51,578 bases of DNA from a virus. Its lineage: Duplodnaviria; Caudoviricetes. The notes beneath the pieces were generated by a model. It saw nothing but the letters and a program-made list of their open reading frames with translations, was not told the origin of the DNA and ran no database searches. Both the position numbers and the translations under genes were made by a program. The stretch is from the IMG/VR virus record IMGVR_UViG_3300011420_000010, positions 1 through 51,578 of that record; one strand, written 5' to 3'. Shown here piece by piece: positions 25,900-35,978 of the stretch (positions are counted from its first letter, which is position 1; each line of letters begins with the position of its first letter).

Positions 25900-27600
25900 C
25901 TATGCAGCCTTCCGTTTCTTGCGTCGTGCTCGAAGACCTTCCATGACGGGCCGCGGCTTCGACAGTCCTTGCATGCCGACGAGCTTGATCGCCGACTCTT
26001 CCGTCAGCCGGTAGAACATCATGAACATCTGGATCGCGGACTCGCGGCTGATCGTCTGCTCCTTCACCGCCTTCATGATCTCGACCGCTCCGGTGATGCC
26101 GCCCGCCATGCTGAGCAGAGCCGCTTCCGGTTCTGCGTCCGCCGCGGTTACGGTTCCGTCGACTGCGCCGGGCATCGGCATCGCCATTGCGTCCGGGTTG
26201 CTGTCGTCGAACTCGGACCAGTTCCGCTGCTCTTGGCCAGCGTCGAGCCCAAGCTTTCCGGCAACGGTCTGCGGAGAGATGACTCGGTTCCGCATGTACA
26301 CCTCGTCGGCCTTCGACTGTTCGTCGATATTCCTGGAGATCAAGGTCGGTGCCTCGACGTTGATCTCGACGAAACGCTTGAGGTCGGCTGGGAGCAGGCC
26401 CGCGTCGATGGCGACCTGGATGCTCGTCCAGATCAACTCCAGGTCTGCTTCGATCTGCTCCGCTTGCTCTTGCTCGAAGAAACGTACTGCTGGCGACTCG
26501 GCGACCATCGTACTCGAATAGTTCGCGTTGCTGGCGTCGCTGCCAACCATGTACTCCGGCAACGCCTTCGACGCCGCGACGGCCCGAAGCTCAGCTCCAA
26601 GCACAGCGACAGGAGCAGAAGGGTTAAGACCCACCGAAGGAAACTCATGCTCGACTCCATCTTTCGAATCCAGGATCGTGCCCGGCCTCCACTTCTTGAA
26701 GTTGCGTGTCTCGCCCGTTACGGAGTTCGATGACTGGATCGTTGCGTTTCTCGTCGCGAAGCTCTTCACCGCACCGCTCGTCTTCTTGTGCTTGCGGATC
26801 ATCGCGATCGCCGACTGCGTCTGCACCAGGATGCTCATGTTCCGGAGCAGCTTCTCGCCGCGTTCAAGGTTCTGACCGACGCAGTACAACGAGGACAAGC
26901 CGCGTTTGCAGTTCATGTCGACGTTGGTTTTGCGGTGCTGAATCTCGTGCGGCTCGACTTCTTCTTCGTTGATGAAGTACCACTCGACCGTCTCGACGTC
27001 GTCCGGGTCCGTCTTGATCCCGAACGTCGCCGAATGGTCCTGCGCCCAGCGTTGCGGCGTCGTGACTTCGTGCGGTTCGACGAACCGGAAGAAGCAATAG
27101 CCGTTCTCCTGGGGAAAAATCCGAATGAAGCACTCGCCATCGCGGTGCTTGCGTCGGCAAATCTCTTGCTGCCGCCGCTGCCACTTGTTGATCTTCAGCA
27201 GGCGGTCGATGTACAGCTGCGTCTTCCGTGCGTACTCCTTCGAGGTGTGGTTTCGACGCATCGACTTCTTCGGCTCGACGCAGTACTTGTGCCCGGAGCC
27301 GACCGTGAAGGAGACAAGGTTGACGATGAGGTTCTCCGCGTAGCTGTTCCGTCGGCAGATCTGCCGCGACTTGCGGCGGATGACGCCAAGCTCTTCTTCG
27401 TCCGTGAACGGCTCCGAGTCCTCGTCGGAGAAACCCTCGAACGTCCCGACTGGACGCCATCGTTCGCCGGTCACCTCGTCCATGTACCGGTCCCGCGGAT
27501 CGACGATCGTGTCGAGCCAGTTGACTTGCGCCTCCAGGAGCTTCCGCTCCAACCGCCGCTCCATCGAACGGATGCTGCTTCGCTTGCGAGCCTTAATCAT
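25900..27600 (-). CDS. Portal protein (lambda-like family)
   Basis: SRQICRRNSYA, DGECFI, RGLS and GDASNANYSS-like motif; follows TerL. Confidence 0.88.
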   Translation of the reverse strand: MIKARKRSSIRSMERRLERKLLEAQVNWLDTIVDPRDRYMDEVTGERWRPVGTFEGFSDEDSEPFTDEEELGVIRRKSRQICRRNSYAENLIVNLVSFTVGSGHKYCVEPKKSMRRNHTSKEYARKTQLYIDRLLKINKWQRRQQEICRRKHRDGECFIRIFPQENGYCFFRFVEPHEVTTPQRWAQDHSATFGIKTDPDDVETVEWYFINEEEVEPHEIQHRKTNVDMNCKRGLSSLYCVGQNLERGEKLLRNMSILVQTQSAIAMIRKHKKTSGAVKSFATRNATIQSSNSVTGETRNFKKWRPGTILDSKDGVEHEFPSVGLNPSAPVAVLGAELRAVAASKALPEYMVGSDASNANYSSTMVAESPAVRFFEQEQAEQIEADLELIWTSIQVAIDAGLLPADLKRFVEINVEAPTLISRNIDEQSKADEVYMRNRVISPQTVAGKLGLDAGQEQRNWSEFDDSNPDAMAMPMPGAVDGTVTAADAEPEAALLSMAGGITGAVEIMKAVKEQTISRESAIQMFMMFYRLTEESAIKLVGMQGLSKPRPVMEGLRARRKKRKAA

Positions 27601-29194
27601 ATTCGAGCTCCAGTTGACCTGCTTCGTGATCGTCGTCGCCGCTCTCCATGACTTCAGCTGCGATCCTCGTCGCCATCTCCAAGGCGTCCGGCCCGTCGTC
27701 GAAGTCGCCGACTGGGAAGTCTCGCAACTGCTGGACGAGGAGGGCCGCTCCCTCGCTGCCGCGGCGGAACCGCAGACGCTTCTGCGCCAGCAGTGGCGAG
27801 AGTCGACGGATACGCATCGACTTCTTCACGCGGTTGTCCAGCTCCACGATGTCTACGTTGACGTCGCGGGCCGTCGCCTCGTCCATGAACTCTTCCGCCA
27901 GCAACGACTGAAACTGGTTGGTCTCGAATCCGATCTTCGCCGGGCGGAAGCGGCGATGATGTTCAAGTGCGTCGGTGACGATCTGATCTGTCGGTCGACG
28001 CTTGAGGTCGGCATCGACGAACCAGACGCCGCGGTGGTCGCACGCTACCTTGACGATGGCGGAGTAGTCTCCTCGCTTCGCGTCCTTGCCCTTCGACGGG
28101 TCGACGGCCATCGTCCGGATGGCGGTCTGCGCGTCCTTCGGCCAAGCGTCGAACCAGAAGTCTTCGTGCGTGAAGTACTTCTCCGGCCATTCGCACGACT
28201 CCGGGTTGATCGGACTGCCTTGCTTCTCTGCCTCGAACGCCTGGTGCCCGATCTGCGCCCGATGCTGCATCAGGTAGTAGAGCGGCTCACGGTCAGGCCA
28301 AAGGACAGAGGATCCGCGAAGCATGTCCTTGCGATTGCTGCGAAAGAACTTCGACGCCCGCTCTTCGGAACCGACTTTGACGACATCCTGGTAGACACGC
28401 TCCCATTCTTCCCAGAGATCCATCCGAGTCGGCCAGCTCGTGATCGCTTGGAACGGAGCCGGGCGTCCATGCGGCCGGTACGTTTCCCAGCCAGCAGTGT
28501 TCAACAGCTGCAGCATCAGGCACTCGCGGTGCAATGCGGTACCGAGAGCGAGGACGTTGGTGTTGGCGTCGCCCATGGACATCAGCGTCTGGTCGAACCA
28601 GGTTCGAGTCTGCTTCCGCATGCCTTCCGAACGAATGTGTTGATCGTTCTCCGGGTCGTCGAGAACGATCAACGAAGGTCGATGCTGTGCGTTGCGACGA
28701 CCACGAATCCTGGAGAGAGTACCGTGCGCTCGGATCAGGACACCGTTCCGCAGCTGGATCGCGTTGGCACGCCACAGCGGCCCTTCGCCCGTCGCATGCG
28801 GGTAGGCTTCGGCGAGTGCGTCGTTGCTCTCCAGCTCGATCTTCACGGCGCGAAGGTGGTCCCACGCCTGCGATGCGGTGTCGGAGATGATCATGATGTT
28901 CGTCTCACTACCTTCGCAGGCCCGCTTGAGGACACACGCCAAGGTGCCGATCGTTGACTTCGCTCCGCCGCGGGGACCAATGGCTGCGATCTTCTTGCCG
29001 CGGTCGTTGAAGCCTTCGTCGATCTCGTCGGCCAACCAACGATGCATCGCGCTCGGGCCGTGAACAAGGTAGTGCGGCAAGTACTCCTGCGCCCACTCAA
29101 GGAGCGGACGTTGAACGTTCGACAGGTACGAGGAGAACCTCGCGGCCATCTTCCGCTTCACGTCGAACAGGGTACAATGCCGACGCCGGATCAT
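27593..29194 (-). CDS. terL: Terminase large subunit
   Basis: Walker A GPRGGAKST, Walker B IVLDDPE, LGT coupling motif, and nuclease motifs AVDPS and DDGPDA. Confidence 0.95.
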   Translation of the reverse strand: MIRRRHCTLFDVKRKMAARFSSYLSNVQRPLLEWAQEYLPHYLVHGPSAMHRWLADEIDEGFNDRGKKIAAIGPRGGAKSTIGTLACVLKRACEGSETNIMIISDTASQAWDHLRAVKIELESNDALAEAYPHATGEGPLWRANAIQLRNGVLIRAHGTLSRIRGRRNAQHRPSLIVLDDPENDQHIRSEGMRKQTRTWFDQTLMSMGDANTNVLALGTALHRECLMLQLLNTAGWETYRPHGRPAPFQAITSWPTRMDLWEEWERVYQDVVKVGSEERASKFFRSNRKDMLRGSSVLWPDREPLYYLMQHRAQIGHQAFEAEKQGSPINPESCEWPEKYFTHEDFWFDAWPKDAQTAIRTMAVDPSKGKDAKRGDYSAIVKVACDHRGVWFVDADLKRRPTDQIVTDALEHHRRFRPAKIGFETNQFQSLLAEEFMDEATARDVNVDIVELDNRVKKSMRIRRLSPLLAQKRLRFRRGSEGAALLVQQLRDFPVGDFDDGPDALEMATRIAAEVMESGDDDHEAGQLELEYD

Positions 29195-29775
29195 TAGGCG
29201 ACCTTCCTCCGAGCACAGGTGATCTTGAACCGGAGCTTCGCTCCCGGCGCTACGAGCTTCAGGAGATGGTTCGAGCTATCGGCGACAGCCCAGGCACTGC
29301 TGTACCCGGTGAGGAACTGGATCGAGGAGTTCGGTTTCATGGCGAGCTTCGCGTCGTCATCGCCGTTGAAGAGTGAGTTCCAACATGCGCCGCTACCCTC
29401 GCCGCCGACGAGGAGAGTCCCGGTCAACGGTGTCTCGTCATCTTCGTCGAGCCGCTCCGTCGTAATCTGCAACGCCACCACCTCGTCGCACAGCTCCGAC
29501 GTGCCGAGGTTGTCGCGGCCCGGCCCGGCTCCGACGTCGAAGCCGCCCAGGTCGTAGAGGTCGATGACGAGCGTCTGTCCGACGAGCAGCGTCTGCGGGA
29601 CCTGCGTCGAGAAGATGTCATCGACACCGATGACGGGCGGCTCCGCGGTCGGATCCGCCACGTCGCGAACCTTCAGCGACCATTGTTCGCCGACGATCAT
29701 CTCCGCGGCACTGACCGCGTTCTTGTACTGCGCTTGGACCTTCGCGTTGAAGGTGCCGTTAACTGTCTTGCTCAT
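29194..29775 (-). CDS. Hypothetical beta-rich protein between the terminase subunits
   Basis: Overlaps both neighbours; 193 aa. Confidence 0.65.
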   Translation of the reverse strand: MSKTVNGTFNAKVQAQYKNAVSAAEMIVGEQWSLKVRDVADPTAEPPVIGVDDIFSTQVPQTLLVGQTLVIDLYDLGGFDVGAGPGRDNLGTSELCDEVVALQITTERLDEDDETPLTGTLLVGGEGSGACWNSLFNGDDDAKLAMKPNSSIQFLTGYSSAWAVADSSNHLLKLVAPGAKLRFKITCARRKVA

Positions 29776-30214
29776 CTTCGTCCTCTTCCATTGCTAGGTG
29801 AAGGTCCTTGGCAATCTTCGCCAGGACGACTGGGTCTCGAACATACTTCGCCACGATCCCGTGGAACCGATCGACGAGACCGTTGACCTGATCCTCCGTT
29901 ACCGCCTTGCTCTCCGTCTTGTCGACCAGCAGTGCTGTGAAGTTGTAGTCCCCCTTCAGGACTCGTTCGACAATCTTCTCCGCCAGTTCCTGGGCAAGAC
30001 ACCGCAACCGGACCTTCTGTGTCCCTTGAATCGAGTAGCCGTTGAGCGGCGGGCCGGCGAGCCGCTTCTTCAGCCAGCCGACCACGGACCCGGAACCGGG
30101 CGGGCGTCCTTTTGGGTTGCCCGACCGGCCCGGTTTCCATGGCTCACGGAGGTTCGCAAGCCGCCGCTGGCGTGCCGCCTCCTTGGCCGTCATCTTTTTC
30201 CGACGCGCCTTCAT
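29759..30214 (-). CDS. Terminase small subunit-like protein (DUF5681 motif)
   Basis: LANLREPWKPGRSGNPKGRPPG. Confidence 0.75.
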   Translation of the reverse strand: MKARRKKMTAKEAARQRRLANLREPWKPGRSGNPKGRPPGSGSVVGWLKKRLAGPPLNGYSIQGTQKVRLRCLAQELAEKIVERVLKGDYNFTALLVDKTESKAVTEDQVNGLVDRFHGIVAKYVRDPVVLAKIAKDLHLAMEEDEDEQDS

Positions 30215-30216
30215 CG

Positions 30217-30966
30217 CTACTTTCCTTCGGGCCGCTTGTCGAGGCCTTCCTTCGCCAGCACCGCTGCGACGTCGTCAACGTGCAGGCAGTCGCACATGCA
30301 GGCGTAGTCGTTCACCGGCTGAATCGCGGCGATGTTGCCGTTGCAGTAGTCGTTGCCAGGGACGGCACTGTGAAGGACGCCGTACGAGACGACCTTCCCG
30401 CCTTCCAGCTTGACGATCTTGTCACCGTTCTTCGCTTCGCGTCCATTTCGGTAATGCATCGATACCTTCTTTCGTTGAGATGCGCGGTACGACCAAGGAG
30501 GAGTCGGCCGCGGGTCCTTCCATAGACCTCGCTTCGCACGTCGAGCATCCTTCTCGAACGCGGCCAGCTCCTCGCTCCTGGAGTACTGCTTGTAATGCCA
30601 GGCCCAGCCGTCGCGCACCATCGCCGCGTTGACTGAACCCTGGAGAATAACCACAGCGACGACGCGTCCGTAGCGGTCCTTCGTCTGCACCTTGAGGTCG
30701 ACTTCCTTGTCGGCCACCTTGGAGCGAAGATAGTCGCGGGCCGCGAGGCCGTGCGGCTGCTTCAGCTCCGGTGCATCGATCTCTGCAAGACGGACGGAGA
30801 TGGGGTCACCTCCTTCTTTCTGAACCTTGATGGTGTCTCCGTCATAAACAGACAGCACGCGATAGTCACCACCCAGCAGAGCGGAGCATGGCCAAAGGAA
30901 AGCGGCGATGACGAGCATCGCGGCGGCCCGGTGCGTTTGATATTCACGCTCGGTCTTCATGCTCAT
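30217..30966 (-). CDS. Thermonuclease (SNase) with hydrophobic leader and a fused Cys-containing C-terminal domain
   Basis: VYDGDT, VRLAEIDAPE, DRYGR and GLW...PPW motifs; an extra domain starts at MHYRNG (30459). Confidence 0.9.
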   Translation of the reverse strand: MSMKTEREYQTHRAAAMLVIAAFLWPCSALLGGDYRVLSVYDGDTIKVQKEGGDPISVRLAEIDAPELKQPHGLAARDYLRSKVADKEVDLKVQTKDRYGRVVAVVILQGSVNAAMVRDGWAWHYKQYSRSEELAAFEKDARRAKRGLWKDPRPTPPWSYRASQRKKVSMHYRNGREAKNGDKIVKLEGGKVVSYGVLHSAVPGNDYCNGNIAAIQPVNDYACMCDCLHVDDVAAVLAKEGLDKRPEGK

Positions 30967-31003
30967 TGTCTTCTGGTTGAAGGTGGCTCTCGTAAGGGAC
31001 TGA

Positions 31004-31678
31004 CTACTGAACCGTCGGAACCGGAGTGTTGGTCTTGAACGTCGCGGCGTCTTGAGACGGCAACGTGCCACTCGGGATCCGGCTGCGGTTGACCTCGCCG
31101 CCGTGCACCTCGCAGATCGTGAAGAGCGCGTTGAGCAGCGAGTGCAGCATTGCGCCTTCGTACTTGGTGATCTGCAGAGTGTCGTGCCGCGAGTCGAGCC
31201 GCGTGGCTTGAACGAAGAAGTCGTCCAACCCGGCGACGAACACGCGGGCGTGCTCGTTCGGGAACAGATCGGACGTCGGCTGCGGGATGTCCTTATCCGT
31301 GCCGTCCAGGGTGTGGACGACCGGGCGGGATGCCGCGGCCGGAAGGACGAGGTCGTCGGCGTTCAGCGATCGCGAGTCGAACTCCTTGCGGATGTCTCGC
31401 GAAGTGTCGGCCGCTTCCTTCTCACGCTGCAGAGTGTTCTCCGGCGCAGGGCCGCTGGGGTTGTAGACGATCCGACGGATCGTGATGTCGAGCTCGTTGA
31501 GGCCCGCCATCATGAAGGCGTTCAGCTCGTTGTTCCAGCCGCTCTGCTGGCGGAACTCCGGACGCACGGTGAGCTGCTTCCGGAATTGGATCACCTGCGC
31601 CAACAGCGTGTGAATCCCGTGGTTGGGGAACCCGAGGTTCGCCCCAGTGAAAGTGTTTTGGATCGCGGGAGCCGGCAT
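31004..31678 (-). CDS. Hypothetical protein (224 aa)
   Basis: Strong SD TAGGAGG and GC3-rich codons. Confidence 0.7.
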   Translation of the reverse strand: MPAPAIQNTFTGANLGFPNHGIHTLLAQVIQFRKQLTVRPEFRQQSGWNNELNAFMMAGLNELDITIRRIVYNPSGPAPENTLQREKEAADTSRDIRKEFDSRSLNADDLVLPAAASRPVVHTLDGTDKDIPQPTSDLFPNEHARVFVAGLDDFFVQATRLDSRHDTLQITKYEGAMLHSLLNALFTICEVHGGEVNRSRIPSGTLPSQDAATFKTNTPVPTVQ

Positions 31679-31688
31679 AATTTACCTC

Positions 31689-33332
31689 CTAGCCAATTCG
31701 AATGTTGTGACGGACAAGGAACTCCTTCGAGACCCATCCGTCCAGCTTGTCCGCTGTCTCCTTGCCGCCAAGGCACGGAATACTTCCATCGCGGAGTAAG
31801 CCAACTGCTTCACGATATAGCGACCCGATCAAAGCTTGATGGCCGACGTTCATCCCGGCGAACTCCGCTGCCCGTTTCGCAGCGAGGGTCTCCGCGTAGC
31901 CAACGTCCAATTCGGGATAGATGTTTACGTTCTGCACTTGCGTCGGAGCAGAGATCGTCCGCTCCCCATCGCGACTTTCGTACAACGCTTCCTCCGCGGC
32001 GCAAGGGCCGTCGTGCCCTGCCTCGCGTGTGCAATACCAGCCTTCAGGTGCTTTGTCGCAGGCCCGCGGCCTAGAGAGCGGCTTCTGCCGACGCCGCTTG
32101 ACACGCTCGACGACCTTCTCCTGGATGCGATTGCCCACCTTGCGGGCGACGCGGCCCGCCAGCCAGGCCTTGATGCCGACACCACCAGCGAGGCCCGCGG
32201 CGAGTGTGCCGAGGATCGTCCCCAGGATCTGCCGCTCGTACCAAGGTTTGGTCGCCTCGATCGCGGGCGTCTCCTCTTCTTCCTGCTTCGGTTCAGCCGG
32301 CTTCGTCTCCTGCTTCGGCTCGTCCGGCCGGGCTGGTTCCTTCGGCCATGCTTCATAGCGTTGACCGCTGTTCGGTGGAGGATCGGATTCGCGGTACGTC
32401 TCCGGACCGGGCGTCGGCGAGCCTTGCTGTGGTGCCTGTTGCGGCGGTGCCTGCTGCCACCAGCCATAGCCGTTGCCTGTCGACTGCCACTTGCGGAAGC
32501 CGGCTGGCGGCTGCACGCCCGGTGGCAGGCAGTACTGCTTGCCGTCCGGCCCGAGGTAGCAGTCCGCCACCTGCTCGCCCGGTCGGACAACTGCGACGAG
32601 TGGACCGGCTGGATCGACGACGTGCTTGTCCGCCGCGGAGATCCTCCGCTCGAACCCGGCCTTGCCTTCAAAGGCGCGTGCCAGGTTCGCGATCGTCTGC
32701 GCAGTACCGGTGCCGGCTTGAGTGTTGTTCCAGGCGACGAGGCCGATGATCTTCTCCCCCTTCTCGTCGAGGAGCGGAGAGCCGCTCCGGCCCTGCGCCG
32801 GCGCAGGCGAGAAGATGACGACTCCTTCGAACGTCTTCTCGTGTGCGACCTTGACTGCGGTCGACCAGCCGCCGCTCGGGCAGCCGATCGTCACCATCGG
32901 CCGACCGTACTTCGCTTCGCCGGGTTTCGCCAACGGCACAACCCTGGGGAGGAACGCACCGAAGTGTCCGACGCTGACCTCGACAATTGCAACGTCCTGA
33001 TCCGTGGCGTCGTGCCGCCGACGGAACCGCACGCGGCCCGGGACCTTCTTCGACACAACGCCACTGACAAAGAACTCGCACTGGCACATGTCCGCGGTCG
33101 GGCCGACGACGTGTTCGTTCGTCAGGATCCGGATCGTGAACTGGTCACGATGGAAGACGGTGCCGGTGCCGCGGCCTCCGTCCAACGCCGTGATCCGACA
33201 GACCGCGTCCATTGCCTCGCTGACTCCACCGTGCACCGTCTCGCACCCGACATGGATGACAGCTGCGACCGCGATCAGAGCGATGAGCATCCACGCCGCT
33301 TCAACCGCCAACGCTTTCAGTTCTTCCTTCAT
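31689..33332 (-). CDS. Membrane-anchored trypsin-like serine protease
   Basis: Catalytic triad in LTNEHVV / DVAIV / GRSGSP, N-terminal TM, P/Q-rich linker, second TM and a Cys/His cluster. Confidence 0.85.
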   Translation of the reverse strand: MKEELKALAVEAAWMLIALIAVAAVIHVGCETVHGGVSEAMDAVCRITALDGGRGTGTVFHRDQFTIRILTNEHVVGPTADMCQCEFFVSGVVSKKVPGRVRFRRRHDATDQDVAIVEVSVGHFGAFLPRVVPLAKPGEAKYGRPMVTIGCPSGGWSTAVKVAHEKTFEGVVIFSPAPAQGRSGSPLLDEKGEKIIGLVAWNNTQAGTGTAQTIANLARAFEGKAGFERRISAADKHVVDPAGPLVAVVRPGEQVADCYLGPDGKQYCLPPGVQPPAGFRKWQSTGNGYGWWQQAPPQQAPQQGSPTPGPETYRESDPPPNSGQRYEAWPKEPARPDEPKQETKPAEPKQEEEETPAIEATKPWYERQILGTILGTLAAGLAGGVGIKAWLAGRVARKVGNRIQEKVVERVKRRRQKPLSRPRACDKAPEGWYCTREAGHDGPCAAEEALYESRDGERTISAPTQVQNVNIYPELDVGYAETLAAKRAAEFAGMNVGHQALIGSLYREAVGLLRDGSIPCLGGKETADKLDGWVSKEFLVRHNIRIG

Positions 33333-34039
33333 CGAATCATCTCCGATACTTCTACGCACTTGTCGTGGAACGCCGGGAGGTCGTCCATGTACGAGTGCTC
33401 GACTCCGTCAGTTAGCACTGTCTCCTGCTGCAGACGTGTGTTTTCCGAAAGGATGAATTGATGCCCACTCGGTCTGTTGGACGTCTGTCGAAACGCCCAC
33501 AGGTTCATCACGTTGTCCGGTACCTTGATACGAGGTCGGTACAATGAAGACAATGACAATGGATTGAATACGATCCATGGCGGGAGGATTGGGGAACGAT
33601 AGACCGCATCGCTTAAGACCATGCTCTCGACCTTCATCTGCCGCTTGCGACACTCGCGAGCGAACTCCATCGCGCCCCAGCCGCCTCCCCATGAGTAGGC
33701 GTAGACGTTGATTCTCTGGCCCTTCCCGTTTGAGGTTAGCCAGATCCACTCCGCGGCGGACCACATGCAGTCGTTCCATTGGAGCAGGACGACCCGACTC
33801 CGCGGGCCGTGTAAGTGGTTGAGTTTCTGCGAGACCTTCCACATGCCGCTCGGCTCGCCGATCCGTTGCCAGAAGCCGCTGATACATACGTGCCACTGCC
33901 ACGGGTCGGGCCGCAGCAGCTCCGCACCGCACACGTTGTGCCCAGTTAAGGAGCATACCACCGGAACCCGCTCCCTCGCCTGGGCGACGAGATCTGGAAC
34001 GAGCTTCGCTTCTCCGGAGAGGTCGACAAACCGCGGCAT
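33329..34039 (-). CDS. Alpha/beta-hydrolase-fold protein
   Basis: Oxyanion-like ISGF, nucleophile elbow AYSWGGG, SDAV and C-terminal EHSYMD. Confidence 0.7.
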   Translation of the reverse strand: MPRFVDLSGEAKLVPDLVAQARERVPVVCSLTGHNVCGAELLRPDPWQWHVCISGFWQRIGEPSGMWKVSQKLNHLHGPRSRVVLLQWNDCMWSAAEWIWLTSNGKGQRINVYAYSWGGGWGAMEFARECRKRQMKVESMVLSDAVYRSPILPPWIVFNPLSLSSLYRPRIKVPDNVMNLWAFRQTSNRPSGHQFILSENTRLQQETVLTDGVEHSYMDDLPAFHDKCVEVSEMIR

Positions 34040-34443
34040 CACTCGATCTCCAGGAGAAAGGCCACCTTGATGTTCTGATCTGACGCCACTGCTGGGGTCA
34101 ACGTGTACTCCAGCAGATAGTTTTTCCCACTCTCGCTCCAAGCCGGCTCGTCCTCGACGTCCGGTGTGTGGCTGAAGTTGTACCCGGTCTGGTCCTTCGT
34201 CCATCGGTCATCATCCGTTAAGATGTTCATCGCGTCGGCGACAGGCACGCTGATCGCCGAGTGGCCGTCGACTGGCGTCCGTACCGTGTCGTTCGACGAC
34301 AGTTTGTAGAGGCTGTACTCGACCGCATCGATGTCGGCCGCGACCAGCACCTGGTTCTGCCAGCCGACGATGCGGGCGAGGAACTCAGCCGGTTGGTTCG
34401 GCATCATCGTCAGACGATGCGGCTGTTTGGTGTTGTCAGGCAT
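34039..34443 (-). CDS. Hypothetical Ig-like structural protein
   Basis: Beta-rich, ending GKNYLLEYTLT; coupled to its neighbours. Confidence 0.5.
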   Translation of the reverse strand: MPDNTKQPHRLTMMPNQPAEFLARIVGWQNQVLVAADIDAVEYSLYKLSSNDTVRTPVDGHSAISVPVADAMNILTDDDRWTKDQTGYNFSHTPDVEDEPAWSESGKNYLLEYTLTPAVASDQNIKVAFLLEIE

Positions 34444-34624
34444 GGTTCTCGCAGACCTCCTGGACTTTCAAGAGGATCGGATGACTTGTCTCCGGGCACA
34501 TCGACCAGTGCGAATAGACCGGGTTCGGTTGCCCTTCAAACTTCTGGAAGAACAAGTCGTGACGACCACCGCATCGAGCACAGTTGTTGACCGTCAATTG
34601 CAGTGTTCGATTAAGGACTTGCAT
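34436..34624 (-). CDS. Small putative Zn-binding protein
   Basis: CARCGGRH...CP; SD GGAGG. Confidence 0.55.
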   Translation of the reverse strand: MQVLNRTLQLTVNNCARCGGRHDLFFQKFEGQPNPVYSHWSMCPETSHPILLKVQEVCENHA

Positions 34625-35651
34625 ACGCACCTCCGCCGACTCGTTGGACAGCGACCGCTCCTGGAGTGAACACCTGCGCCGCTTCGATGACGAACGGGCC
34701 GCGGGCGACCGCCATCTTCAAGTCGCCTTCCGCCGAGGATTGGGCGACGCTTGCGCCGGCGAGGGGCCGGACCAGGTTGAGAGCCGCGGCTCCCGTGCTC
34801 AGGCCGCCGCAGACGCCCGCCAGCTGCTGCTTGCGTGCGACGTTGAGGCCGCCCGCCAGCGAGGCCACTCCGCCTGCGACGCCGCGGAGGCCGCGAGTCA
34901 TCCTGGCGTTGCCCGCGGCTGTGGACATCGTCTCAACAAGTGGCGTGAAGTAGATCTCCCCGACGCAGTTCGACTGTCCGGCGACGATGCCCTGCATGTC
35001 TTGGAAGTTGAACCACTCGTCAAGCGGCAGGGCATCGCCATCATTCCAGATCTGATCCTGTTCATCTTCCAACAGGATACGCTTCCAAAAAGCAACTTCG
35101 TCGATCCGACCGTCGATGCCGTTGCCGCCCATGAAGGAGCCAAGGCAGAAGGGTCCGGCGGTATCGCTGTTGACGATAGAGCCGGTGCTTGCTTCAGCGA
35201 TCGTTCCGTTGTCGATTCGAAGGTAAAGTTTTCCGTCGGCAATAGATCGCCAGCCGAGGACGTGATGCCAGGAGCTGAGTACTCCGAGCGGAGTCGATAC
35301 CGACGGAAAAGTTCCACCGTTTTTGAAGTAGAGTCGAATGTTCGGATAGATTATATCGAAGACGTAGTCTTCCTGTCCGCCTTTCGTCAAAGGTTCGCCT
35401 GCGAAGCTCCAGGCGTTGAGCCACATCCAGAACGAGAATGTAAAGTCTCCGGTCCCGACCCGCCAGAGAGCGGAGTCGACAGCAGACAAGACGTCTGAAC
35501 CAGCGAAGGTTCGACTGCCGTTGATCTTCCCAGCAGCCGAACCGACGCCTGGTCCATTTGCGACGAGCGTAACTCCACCGACGGACGGAGGGGCATCACC
35601 CGACGCTTCGTCGAGTTTGTAGTACGCCTGCAGTAGGGAAGTCAGCGACAT
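34611..35651 (-). CDS. LamG/concanavalin A-like domain protein with C-terminal fibre-type repeats
   Basis: AYYKLDEASG, DFTFSFW, WHHV, LYLRIDNG and GRIDEVAFWKRIL. Confidence 0.85.
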   Translation of the reverse strand: MSLTSLLQAYYKLDEASGDAPPSVGGVTLVANGPGVGSAAGKINGSRTFAGSDVLSAVDSALWRVGTGDFTFSFWMWLNAWSFAGEPLTKGGQEDYVFDIIYPNIRLYFKNGGTFPSVSTPLGVLSSWHHVLGWRSIADGKLYLRIDNGTIAEASTGSIVNSDTAGPFCLGSFMGGNGIDGRIDEVAFWKRILLEDEQDQIWNDGDALPLDEWFNFQDMQGIVAGQSNCVGEIYFTPLVETMSTAAGNARMTRGLRGVAGGVASLAGGLNVARKQQLAGVCGGLSTGAAALNLVRPLAGASVAQSSAEGDLKMAVARGPFVIEAAQVFTPGAVAVQRVGGGAYASP

Positions 35652-35654
35652 CTT

Positions 35655-35969
35655 CTATCCGCGGAGTTTGGCGTAGAGTTGATCACGGGCGGCCTTCACG
35701 TTCGCCACGCTTCCGTTGCCGCTGGTCTTCGAGTAGGCGGAGTCGAGTTCCTCGAACGCGGCCCGTGCCTTGGCGTCGGAGACGAAACCGAATCGCGTCG
35801 TGACCTCCGCGTAATGCGCGTCCTGGCTGCCGTCTCCGTCCCGCATCTGGAGCATGCAGTCGCGGACGTCGGTCATCGCGTCGTCGCCTTCTTCGTTGAG
35901 GTCCAGCATGCGGCGGAGCTTCCGCCCGTACGAAGTTGTCTGGTCGTTGAAGTGAATGTGATTGAACAT
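35655..35969 (-). CDS. Hypothetical helical protein (104 aa)
   Basis: SD TAGGAGG. Confidence 0.65.
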   Translation of the reverse strand: MFNHIHFNDQTTSYGRKLRRMLDLNEEGDDAMTDVRDCMLQMRDGDGSQDAHYAEVTTRFGFVSDAKARAAFEELDSAYSKTSGNGSVANVKAARDQLYAKLRG

Positions 35970-35978
35970 CGTTGCCTC

